The position numbers and the translations under genes were made by a program. Shown piece after piece: positions 52,497 through 64,000 of a stretch of DNA of 64,000 nucleotides; the first letter of the stretch is position 1, and each line of letters starts with the position of its first letter. The notes below the pieces were generated by a model. The model was not told the DNA's origin and ran no database searches. It saw only the letters and a list, made by a program, of their open reading frames with translations. Origin of the DNA: Eledone cirrhosa. Taxonomy: Eukaryota. The stretch covers positions 17,112,001-17,176,000 of the forward strand of contig OZ024758.1 in the NCBI GenBank assembly GCA_964016885.1, given 5' to 3'.

Positions 52497-54273
52497 CATC
52501 ATTATCATCATCATCATTTAATATATATAATAACTTGCCCAGCCCATGCTAGCATGGGAAAACAGATATAAAATGATGATATTGATGATGATGATATTGA
52601 TGATGATGATGATGATGATATATATTTCTATATATTTAAGCTGTCATTCCTAGCTTTTGACGTTTCTTGCTTTCGACTTCTCAGAGAAAATTACTAAGTA
52701 TGGCAGCTATGAATTTGTTTTGCAAGGGTTTTGTTATGAAATCATGTGTTGAAATGTATTGTTATATTTGTGGAGGGTCATGTTGTTTTAATATTGCCAG
52801 AAAAATATAGTAAAACACACTCACTCTTTGGTTTGGTTTTCACTTCAGTATATTTTTATATTTCTATAAATAATTCAGCTGGCAAGCAATGTTTATCATT
52901 GATTAACCAACAGTTACAAAATATAAATATAAACATAGTTTTTCAATTGCATTAGAATGAACTCTATACATAATGAACACAACCACAAGGATATGGTCCA
53001 AACGTGGAAGGGCTGAACTCCCACTGTCATTGCCGCCATCTCTCTCGCCCTCCCCATCTCTCTGTATGTTGACCAAATAGGGTCCCACATGCTGGCCTCC
53101 CCACAGCCCCGGCGGACAGAATGGAGAAGGCGTTTCCCCAGAGGATCATTACGTATGCATTTTCCACTACACAGTCTACTCTCACCCGAGCCAAATCATG
53201 TGTCATGTCATAACACAATTTAGCCATCTCCTCTGCTGTTCATATTTTTACAATGCTGTGACACTGTAAAGATGTTTAGTTATTTATTTATTGCAGAAAA
53301 TGATAATCTATTTAATATAAGTATACAAATTAATATAAAACTGTGATCCCATAACAGAGACGTTCTCAAACTGGATATAATAATCATCCCCGGGGGGGGG
53401 GGGGGGGGGGCATTGAGAAGGTCCAGGGGGCGCTGGGGCTTAAGTGGGTGCTGGAAGGGCAGTAAAGATGATATAATAGTATATTAAATATCAAATGATA
53501 CATATTATATATAAATATAGTAAAATGTATAATATATATTTATTTATACATAGTATATAATATATTATTCATTATATATAAATTAAGGATTTTATTTATT
53601 ATATATTATTTGCAATTTGCATATAGACAGGTCTCTATGGATATAGGGTTGGGGGCGCTGAGGGTATTACATGGCTGTGAGAAGGGGGGGGGGGGGCGAA
53701 AAAGAGACAATTATGTGAGGTAATGTGTTTACCAGGAAAATACAATAGTAAATATAGAGTAGTGTTAAACCGGATGTATCTGGCCAGAATTCTCTCACCT
53801 CTTTCTGTTTAAATTGGCTGTAAACAGTCACTCATACTGATGTTAAGGTACTGTTCTCAAAATAACTACTATGAAAATCTCATAGAGTCAATATTATGTA
53901 AGATAATTATGTAACAAAATTTTTTCTGTGAAAATACAGTAGTATATATAGAGTAATGCAAATGCTAAAATGTTAAAGCTGGGTTAGTTTTTATTATTTA
54001 ATTTTAATTTTCGTTTGTAAATATTTTAGTTTATTTATATTTCTAATATTCTAGAGAAAGAACTGTTATATGCCTAAAGTCAACGAAAGTAATCAAATAC
54101 CATCAAACATGAAAGCGATTGATTTTGTTTATTGCAAAAATGGCTGACAACAAACTTCCTGAACCACCCTAGTTCTAGTTGTTTGTTTCAAAGTATTTAT
54201 ATTTACCTAAATAACTTCCATCATAATTTTATTTAAGAATCTTTGTTAAGTTATGTTCCAAACATCAGCTTAA

Positions 54274-54701
54274 CCCTTTACCATTTACAATACTCTATAT
54301 TTACTATGGTATTTTCACAGAAAAAGCTTTATCTTACATAACTATCTCATATAATATCGAATCTACGAGATTTTCATAGTATTTATTTCAAGAACAATAC
54401 CTTAACATCAGTATAAGGGACTGATTATAGTCGTTTTTAACAGAAAGAGGTGAGAGTTCTGGCCAAATGTGGCTGGTTTAACCCTTTAGCATTCACATTA
54501 TTTTATATATACTATTATATTTTAATGGTAAAGGCTTTACCTCACATAATTATCTCACATAATATCAAATCTATGAGATATTGAAAGTATTTATTTTGAA
54601 AACAATACCTTAACATCAGTTTGAGCGACCAGTTACAGCCAGTTTCAACAAAAAGAGGTAGAGAATTCTGGCCAGTTTTGGCCGGTTTGAACACTAAAGG
54701 G
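54274..54701. mobile_element. Two adjacent piggyBac-type MITE copies
   Basis: CCCTTTA starts at 54274 and 54482 with the same body. Further degraded copies lie at 53705-53976 and 50935-51612. Confidence 0.75.
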
Positions 54702-55717
54702 TTTGAAGATGCCAGTTTAATGCCATTTGTTTAATGGTTAACGAAGGAATGATACTTGACTAAGTCTAATCTGGGACTAACTATCAGCAATACATCACAT
54801 GCCTATATTCCGTATGGTGTGATATTAATTGTGGCAGTATTGGTAGAGGGTCAGGCATCATGCTTTCCTGCATAGAGTTACGTCCCTTTACGGTTTGAAT
54901 TCAAATCCCGCCGAGGTTAACTTTACCTTTCATTCTTACGGGATCGATAAAATAAAGTACCAGTAATGCACTGGGATAATTGCTGGCCTGTGGCAAAAGT
55001 AGAGACAATTATTTGTTGTGGGTATGAACACATCATGTGTTTGTATGTCTAACATGTTCCAGGGATATGCAACACATTTTGCATTCTGTATTATTTTGTG
55101 ATGACAAAAGTATAAATTGTTGGCTCCTTGCCTACAGGAGATCATATGACAGTCAATAACTGTTTCTACATTCAGCACAATTTAAAGGGAAGGGGAAATT
55201 TGACTAAATCAATCCCAGTGCATTACTGGTACTTTATTTTTTATCGACCCCGTAAGGATGAAAGGCAAAGCTAACCTCGGCAGGATTTGAACTCAGAACG
55301 TAAAGGGCTGTAAATAAATACTGCAAAGCATTTTGTCCGATGCTCTACCGATTCTGCCAATTTCTCATGTGTTAACATTTGTTAACATATGAAGTGTTAA
55401 AGCATGAAGGTATTTAACTTAAAAGTTCAGATGTTGGTTTTATAATCATAAGATCATGGGATTTATTCTCAGCCAGGGTTGGTATGTTGTGGCTTGAGCA
55501 AGGCTCTTTATTTTACATTACTCTGATTCTCACAGTCAGAAATATGTACCGGTAGCAGGTGGCATTAGCCCTGTGATGAAATATGTCCCATTCAACAGGA
55601 ATTCTTCTATGTTGTTCCTTAATACCTATGAAACCAAGATAAGCTCTAGCCTTTCTCCAACCCATGCAAGCAGGGATGATTTGGTTTTTATCCCTACCTT
55701 TACTTGTGGTCATGAAA

Positions 55718-56202
55718 GAAAATGATCGTAAATTCTAGCAGCCAAAATGGAATTCCTCCGAAGGGTCTTTAGAGTAATGTTATTCCATAAAGTGCGTAAC
55801 TCAGCTATCAGAGTGTCACTCCACATAGAGCCGCTACTTTGCTGAATTGAGAGATCACAGCTCCAATACAGATTTGTAACTCAGAGATCAGAAAGTGACT
55901 CCAGGTAGAGCTACTACTTCTCCAAATTGAGAGATCACAGTTCTGATACTATGGGCATGTGGTTAGAATGTCTCAGAAAAGAATTGCTGGACAGATTTTA
56001 TGAACAAAACCTACAGGCAATAGACCCAGAGGGAGACACCGAGCAAGATGATTGGATAACATCCATGAGCTTGGCTGATCAAGCTTGGGAATCCAACCAG
56101 ATCAATTGGAGATGGTTGCTTCTGACAGGACCAGCTGGAAGGAGTGTTTGAGGACTCTGCCACCACTATCCTCTCAGGAATAAGGGGGTGAAGAAGAAGA
56201 AA
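55718..56202 (+). mobile_element. Older RTE-like LINE, subfamily C, 3' fragment with (GAA)n tail
   Basis: Degenerate frame reading MEFLRRV...IERSQL.YYGHVVRMSQKRIAGQI...RPRGR, ending in gaagaagaagaa. Confidence 0.75.
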
Positions 56203-56559
56203 TTTAAAAATAAGAATTGCTTTATAGTTAAAAGGAGATAGTAGATGAACCAGCAGTAGTTTAACTCACAATAGACAAAGAAAAATCAATCTGGATGCTA
56301 GCAAGTATGTGCATTAGTCATGTAACATATTCAAACACGTCCATAGCAGAACACATATATTGAGATAATGTCTTCTGTATATGCCTTGTCATTCAAGAGT
56401 GCCTTAATGGAGAATTTGGTTTTTGTTATAGTTGAAGTATCTGGCAGTTATTCTAGAATCGCTTTTTCTTTTTACTCTCTGAGAAATGATTATAAAACCC
56501 ACAAATGAAATGGGTGTCAGTTTAGTGTTACAATTCTATTGAAATATTCGTCATTAAAT

Positions 56560-56790
56560 TTATGTCCAAATAAAACCTGTTCTTTCTTCTCCACTCAATT
56601 CACCAACAACTTGAGAAACGTGGTCTAAACAACTATATATAAAATGAATTTCTGATGTCATGTTGCAATCTTGAGTATGAATAACAATGAGCAAGTTTTC
56701 AATAAGATCTGTGTAATTCTTAGATTTAATATTGCATAAGAAGTTTTCGACAAATCCACTTAATGCATTCCTTTTAAGTATTTTCATTGA
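56560..56790 (-). pseudogene. Decayed DDE transposase fragment, probably CMC/Chapaev-like
   Basis: FVENFLCNIKSKNYTDLIENLL...DCNMTSEIHFIYSCLDHVSQVVGELSGEERTGF resembles the transposase motif FLGN.K..NY..lv..ll....GCNMS.KiHFlhSHLD.FP.nlG.vS.E.GERFHQD. The family assignment is from recall. Confidence 0.6.
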
Positions 56791-56948
56791 ATATATGTTG
56801 ACTAATCTGAAAGCCATTAAAGTTTACAGATTTCAGCTTTTCATCAAAGAAAGAAATTTCAGAAAGTAAAATATATATATATATATATACATATGTGTGT
56901 GTATATATATACATATGTGTGTGTATATATATACATATGTGTGTGTAT

Positions 56949-56999
<51 letters not shown>

Positions 57000-57007
57000 A
57001 ATATATG

Positions 57008-57041
<34 letters not shown>

Positions 57042-57117
57042 TTTATAAATATATGTATATATATATATGTGTATTTATATATATATATATATATATAAAT
57101 ATATTTATAAATATATG

Positions 57118-57149
<32 letters not shown>

Positions 57150-57276
57150 TATAAATATATTTATAAATATATGTATATATATATATATGTATATATATAA
57201 ATATATTTATAAATATATGTATATATATATATGTATTTATATATATATATATATATATGTACACTCACACACTCAC

Positions 57277-57321
<45 letters not shown>

Positions 57322-60297
57322 TGAAAGAGTTGCCATTTGTATCCTAAGTTGTCTCATCAAACTTAGCTTTATACAAAATGGCAGTAATAAGACTTTACTT
57401 GAATAAGCTAAAAGCTCAGGCTGATTATTTTTCTCATTTTACTCAAATTCTATTCTTATTAGTTTTTCCTATCTTACCAAGTGTCCATGGTTTACTCAAT
57501 TGTTATATAGAAATTTAACTCAAGACCTAGGAAATAAGTGACATTTTATCTTCTAGTGATTATGCAACAGTATACAACACTACTTTAAAATGTCCCCAAA
57601 TAATCAAACTTTCCTGATTATATTATATTTGATTGTATATATTTTATTCATTATTATTTGGAAAATTTCTAAATAAGAATACACACAAAAATAATTAATA
57701 TTCCAATATTTTAATAATTTCTTTAGGCATACACAATGACAAATAAAAATTGATGAAAAGCCATTCACTTCACTAAAAGATTACACTTTTCAAACTGATG
57801 TTTGAATTGTTCATAAGCAAACTTTATTTAGTTTATTTATATTGACAAGCTTCATCACATTCAAAAATGTCTTTCTACATTTAAAATTAATCCAGTTGCT
57901 AAGTTGAAAACATTTTAACAAGTCTTTTCCCTCAATTTTTATAGAAAAGAAATTTGGTTTCTGAAGTTAATTATGAAGTCTATCAAACGAAATAGATTAT
58001 TTGTTTATGGTAATAAAATCTTATATCAACATCAATAAGTTCTTTATTACCTACATCATGTTTTTCAAGAAGCTTTATTATCTACAGCCTGTTTTTCAAG
58101 AGCATAGGATAACAAGCCAAAATAATTTTTCAAGTTGTTCGATCTGCTGTGAAAAAACTGTTTTTCCCCTCTCTCTATTTATATATAAAACTGTTTGTTT
58201 TACAGTATTTATATTTATAGGAAGGCACATGGCTTAGTGGTTAGAGCATTGGCCTTGCAATCGAAAGGTTGTGAGTTCAATTCTCCGACTGGGTGATGTG
58301 TTGTGTACTTATATACACCTGATATTCCCCTCCATACACATGCACGCGTGTATCTGTGTTTATATAATTACTCATATACTGTTCACTTTCTTGACACTTG
58401 TACATTATTCTATATATTATACATGCACCTTTGATGAGTTGTAGTGCACCTGAACACTGTACACAATAATTTGGGTGGGAGTTAGTAATACAACTAGTTA
58501 ATATTTTTGGTATAAAGCAGGTGTTTGGATCATTACTTAACAAAGGCTCTTATACAAAATTATGATGAAAGGCTTTCATATAAATATAAATGCTTTAAAC
58601 TTTCAAACAAACAGTTTGTATCATAGAACCAAAGTCACTTTTAAGCTGTTTGGAATCATCCAAGCAATCAATGGATTAGGTCTGACTTTCAAGAACAGAA
58701 ATGATCCTGCAGTAATTTATCACATACTTTCTGTCTATCAAATTAAACTCACAAGGCTGTGGTTGGTTAGAAACAAAAAAAAAAGGAAAAGGCTATGTAG
58801 CCTCAGATATCATGAGTTGTGGCCAGAGTTAAGACAATTGTTAAAACAATTGTTAAGACAATTTTAAATCTTTCCCACCATCAATTGTTAAAATACAATT
58901 TAAAATCATTTAGTTACATACGCACACATCTGCATGAAAATACATAAACTGATACAGGAAGGGGCTGGTGAAACGCTATAACGATGTGTGTTGTATCATT
59001 TTAGGGTTTACCGGCTACACAGCCTATTCGAAAAAAAAAAAAGAAAAAAAAAAAGCGACAGTTGCAGACACTAACCTCAAAGATTCCAGGCCTTGGAATT
59101 AAACCTCAAACCACATATTTAGGAAACAAATATATTAACCATACAGCTATATCTGCATAGATAAAATATGTATGGAAACAGTTTAGTATGCATAACTGCA
59201 TATATCGTATAATACGTGTGAAAACTGAGTATGTTATATAATATACGTAGTTTACTTTGAAATATTGATTTCGTTAGAGTATAAATATCCACCCAGATTA
59301 GTGAAATGACTTGCAGCCTACATGGCTGGGGTGTAACAAATTCTCATTCACTCATATTTTATATGTTATTTATTATTATTTTTCTTTGTGTTTATTTAAT
59401 ATTGGTTTAAGTTGGGAAAACTTGCTTAAATTTATGAATCATCAATTTAAAATTCAATTACAGATTAATTTTTAGCATTGCATACCGCAGGTAAAAATAA
59501 ACAGTTGCATAATTTTAATAAATATTTTAAAATATTTAAATCATCTTAAAATTCAAAGAAAGAAATTTCTTGAATGCAAATATTTCTTTCTCTATATTTT
59601 TCCTATATAAGTGTGTGTGTGTGTGTGTGTGAGTGTAGGTGTGTGTGGATGGGTTACATGTGTGCATATAAATATATACGTAAGTGTATATGCACACTCA
59701 CAGACAGACATATACATGTCTATCTACTTATATACATATACATGTATGTATGCAAAAGGTAAACGGAAACAAAAAAAGCAAACAGAACAGTACAATGAAG
59801 AAAATATATTAGCTTAATGCTTGATACAGTAGGAAAAGAATATTTACTTTTCAGGTACTAGTCCTTCATTGGAAAATAGAATGAGAATTAAATGATAAAA
59901 TAGAGAGATGTTTTTTTTTAGAATAGGAAGTTAGCTTGATATAATGCTTGTTCCATGCTTCAGCAACTCTGACCATGAAAAAATGTTTCTGAAAGTCATG
60001 GGAGCTTGATCTTTATGGTATTCTTACTCTTAAAGAACCTTAATTTCAACTACTAATAAAAGTATAAAATCTAGATTTAATATTAAAGCTTATAACTTTC
60101 ACATCCTTAGAGATATGACAGATACTACATAAATATATTGTAATCTAATTGATTACTTCAATTTTAATTGCCTCCAAAAATTAGGAAACAAGACCATCTG
60201 CAGTTTCAATTGCTATTTATATCTAGATGTATATTATAGGAATATGTATTAGAATCACATCAATGCAAAACTGATTACATTCAAAGTAGTGTAATCA

Positions 60298-60335
<38 letters not shown>

Positions 60336-60600
60336 TTATGAAAAGTTTTTAACAGTAGCCAGATAGTAAATATGAAAGAATTTAATTCAATAGCTATCAT
60401 TTGTTTTAAGTTATTTATACGGGCGTATATGTTTGTGTATGTGTATACACACACACATACGCATGTATTTATATATATACATATACATATAAACATATAT
60501 ATATATATATACACACATATATATATATATTAACATATATTAATAATATATATAGATCGAAGTTGTAGCTGCAATATATATCATCATCATCATTTTACGT

Positions 60601-61937
60601 CATCATCATCATCATCATTTTCCCTGCTTGCAAGGGTGGGACAGGAACTGATTCTGGCTTGATTTCTACAGCTGGATGCCCTTCTCAGTTACAGTGAGTG
60701 CTGGGTGCCCTCCTCATTTACAGTGAGTGCTGGGTGCTTTTTTGCCGTGGCACCTCCACGACCACTTTGCAGTGGAATGATAGGGACCCCAGTCCCTAAA
60801 ATCTCATTTCTACAGCTGAGTAAACTAGAGCAATGTGAAATAAAGTGTGTTGCTCAAGGAAACAACACATCACCCGGTCTGAGAATTGAACTCACAACCT
60901 ATCGATTGCAAGGCCAATGTTTCTCCATATATATATATATGTGTTATATATATACATGTTAATATATATCATATATATACATATTTAGTATATATATATA
61001 AGAGATTGCTGTCGTTTATTTATCTACTATTTCTTCATAGTATATCATCATCATCATCATCATCATCATCATTTTCCCTGCTTGAAAGGGTGGGATTTTA
61101 TGGACATACTTTATAGTATATCATCATCATCATTTTCCCTGCTTGCAAGGGTGGGACTGGAACTGATTCTGGCTTGATTTCTACAGCTGGATGCCCTTCC
61201 TAACACCAACCACATGTACAGTGAGTGCTGGGTGCTTTTTTGTGGAATTTTTTGTGGAATTATAGGGACCCCAGTCCCTATCATCTCATTTCTACAGCTG
61301 AGTAAACTGGAGCAATGTGAAATAAAGTGTCTTGCCCAAGGAAACAACACATCACTGATAATTGAACTCACAACCTATCGATTGCAAGGCCAATGCTCTA
61401 ACCACTAAGCCATGTGTCTCCATATATATATGTGTTATATATATATACATGTTTATATATATCATATATATACATATTTAGTATATATATATATATATAA
61501 GAGATTGCTGTCTTTTATTAAACTACTATTTCTTCATAGGTGCCTTTTAATATTATAGCCTGGTCTAATAGATTTTATGTGTGGTTAATTATGCTAATTG
61601 GGAGAGGAAATGGTGTATATATATTATCAAATGATTCTATGGACATACTTTATAGTATATCATCATCATCATCATCATCATTTTCCCTGCTTGAAAGGGT
61701 GGGATGGGAACTGAATCTGGCTTCATTTCTACAGCTGGATGCCCTTCCTAACACCAACCTCATGTACAGTGGGTGCTTTTTTGCTGTGGAATGCATCTCA
61801 TTTCTACAGCTGAGTAAACTGGAGCAATGTGAAATAAAGTGTCTTGCTCAAGTAAACAACATATCGCCCGGTCTGAGAATTGACCTCACAACCTTTCAAT
61901 TGCAAGGCCAATGCTCTAACCACTAGGCCATGTGCCT
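60601..61937 (-). mobile_element. Cluster of three SINE family 1 copies with duplicated flanks
   Basis: Copies at about 60601-60920, 61121-61421 and 61660-61937. The spacers share aagagattgctgtc...ctactatttcttcatag, indicating local tandem duplication. Confidence 0.85.
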
Positions 61938-62060
61938 ATATATATATATATACATACATGTTTATATATATATAGATCATATATATATATATATTTTATA
62001 TATATATACACATGTTATATACATACATGTATATATACAGTATATTATATATATTTATAG

Positions 62061-62091
<31 letters not shown>

Positions 62092-62175
62092 CTTATATAT
62101 ATATTTATACATATAAATGTATATAATATATATCTATCTATATCTATACATATATAGTATATAATATATATCTAT

Positions 62176-63991
62176 CATCATCATCATTCATCATCAACGT
62201 TTAACATCCGTGTTCCACGCTTGCTTGGGTTTGGACGGGGGTAGTCCCACTTGAGGCAAGAGTGATTGTCTTGCTCGCATAGGACTGTCTGGCAGGTTTT
62301 CTACAGTTGGATGCCCTTCCTAACACCAACCACATTTACAGTGTGGGTCTGGGAGGTTTTTACCGTGTTGCCTACACGGCCACATTACAGCGTGGACTGT
62401 GTGTTTTTTTGTCGTGACACCTACACGATCTCATTTGTTTCGGCCTGGATGGCGCGGCACCAACATAACTTTACATTGAACGGGGTGGTGTGGATGGGGT
62501 GGGGGTGGTGGTGGTGGGACGGGGTGTATTTTGTTAGAGATGCCTACTGGCTGGAGTGGGTTTTACTATATATTTAGGTAAGGCGGGTCTTTTCTGTTAC
62601 TGAGTACCGCCAAAGGTCTCGGTCCAGTGACATTGTCTTGGAGAGATGTAAGTGTGTGAGGTCGGAGTTTATCAGCTCGTCCCAGGTTTTTCTAGGTCTG
62701 CCTATTCCGTGGCTACCGTCTATCTTTATTGCCCTGCACTTTGTTATACAGCTATCGACTTTCATGCGCATCACGTGTCCTTACCAACGTAGCCTTCTCT
62801 CGAGTAAACAACATCTGATCCCTCTTATCTCTAATTTTTTCCTTAGTTCGTTTATGCTTTGCCGTTCACGTATATTACTGTTACACATCAAGCGGAGCAT
62901 GCAAGCTTCGTTCCTCTCTAGTCTGCGTATATCCTCTGCACACAATGCCCAGGTCTCCCTGCCATGCAACATTGCTGTTCGTATGCAGGCATCGTACAAC
63001 CTGCCTTTCATTTTTAGGGAGAACCCTTTAGCAGCTAATAGTGGTATAAGCTCTCTGAACTTTTTCCAACCAGTTCTGACTCTAGCTACTGTACTTTCAG
63101 AGCACCCTCCCCCACTGCTGATTTTATCGCCCAGGTAACGGAAGCTGTCCACTATTTCTATAGAACCCTCTGCGCAATTGAAAGAGCTAGTATTTTGTGG
63201 GCACTTGCTGCTACTTATTGCACCAGAACACTGGCCACATGTAAAATCTATGTTCTTAGTTAGCTTACCTGTGATCCCACTACATCTTTTATGCACCCAT
63301 ACTTTGCATTTAGGACATAAAATGGAGTTTCTACCTACGCCTTTCCTACACACCGAGCACGACCATTTTCCAGAAGGGACCGCCGCCTTGTTTTCTTTCC
63401 TACAAACTAGAACTTTGGTCTTAGCCAGGTTAATTTTAAGTCCTTTTGACTCTAGGCCGTGCTTCCATGTTTGGAATTTCTTCTCTAGCTCGGCCATTGA
63501 TTCCGCTATGAGTGTCAGGTCGTCTGCGTATAGGAGTTCCCATGGGCAGCCGGTCTTGAACTCCTCTGTTATAGCCTGAAGGGCAATAATAAATAGTAGG
63601 GGGCTGAGAACAGAGCCCTGATGGACGCCAACTTTTACGCTAAACTCTTCACTATATTCGTTGTTAATTCTAACCTTGCTGACTGTTTCTTTATACATGG
63701 TTTGTATAGCCCTCACAAGACATTCGTCAACGCCTAGTTTTCTAAGAGCCCACCAGATAATGGAGCGGGGGACTCTGTCGAAGGCTTTCTCCAAGTCGAC
63801 AAAAGCTAAGTAGAGGGGTTTACCTTTAGCTAGGTACTTCTCCTGTAGTTGTCGTACTATGAAAAGAGCGTCTGTGGTACTTTTGCCTGACACAAACCCG
63901 AACTGCATTTCATCTAGGTCAATTCTCTCTCTGATTAGTTGCGCTATTACTTTTTCCGTGACCTTCATGACCTGGTCGATTAATTTAATGC
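62176..63991 (-). mobile_element. RTE-clade LINE, subfamily B, 5'-truncated, one nonsense codon at about 62781, about 400 bp 3' UTR
   Basis: The 395-aa ORF has the same RT motifs ([28 protein letters not shown]). Reading continues in frame after W*GHVMRM to GRPRKTW and stops at 62574. The 3' region ends in a (TGA)n tail. Confidence 0.93.
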
Positions 63992-64000
63992 TATCTATAT

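Noticed and set aside
54121-54165. Promoter-like motifs (AAAATGGCTGAC, ACTTCCTG)
   Set aside because: Short motifs with no linked exon or expression evidence.

Overview
This is AT-rich eukaryotic intergenic or intronic DNA. The repeat spectrum (huge (TA)n/(CA)n microsatellites, RTE LINEs with (TGA)n tails, tRNA-derived SINEs) is most consistent with a mollusc, probably an octopus-like cephalopod (inference). No host gene can be called confidently, and almost all long ORFs in the track are microsatellite translations. Recognisable content: three RTE-clade LINE subfamilies (two with long RT-bearing ORFs), three SINE families, a deleted mariner and mariner-derived fragments, TTAA-flanked piggyBac-type MITEs, a 3' fragment of an RLE-type LINE, a decayed DDE transposase, and tandem arrays built from transposon pieces. 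The most interesting signal is non-coding. At least six unrelated short sequence families, mostly embedded in (TA)n tracts, carry minimal type I hammerhead ribozyme folds (helix I - CUGANGA - helix II - GAAA - mostly palindromic helix III - UH). Many occur as fold-back inverted pairs. This fits Penelope-like element pseudo-LTRs or non-autonomous ribozyme retroelements. All structures were read by eye and coordinates are approximate to a few bases.
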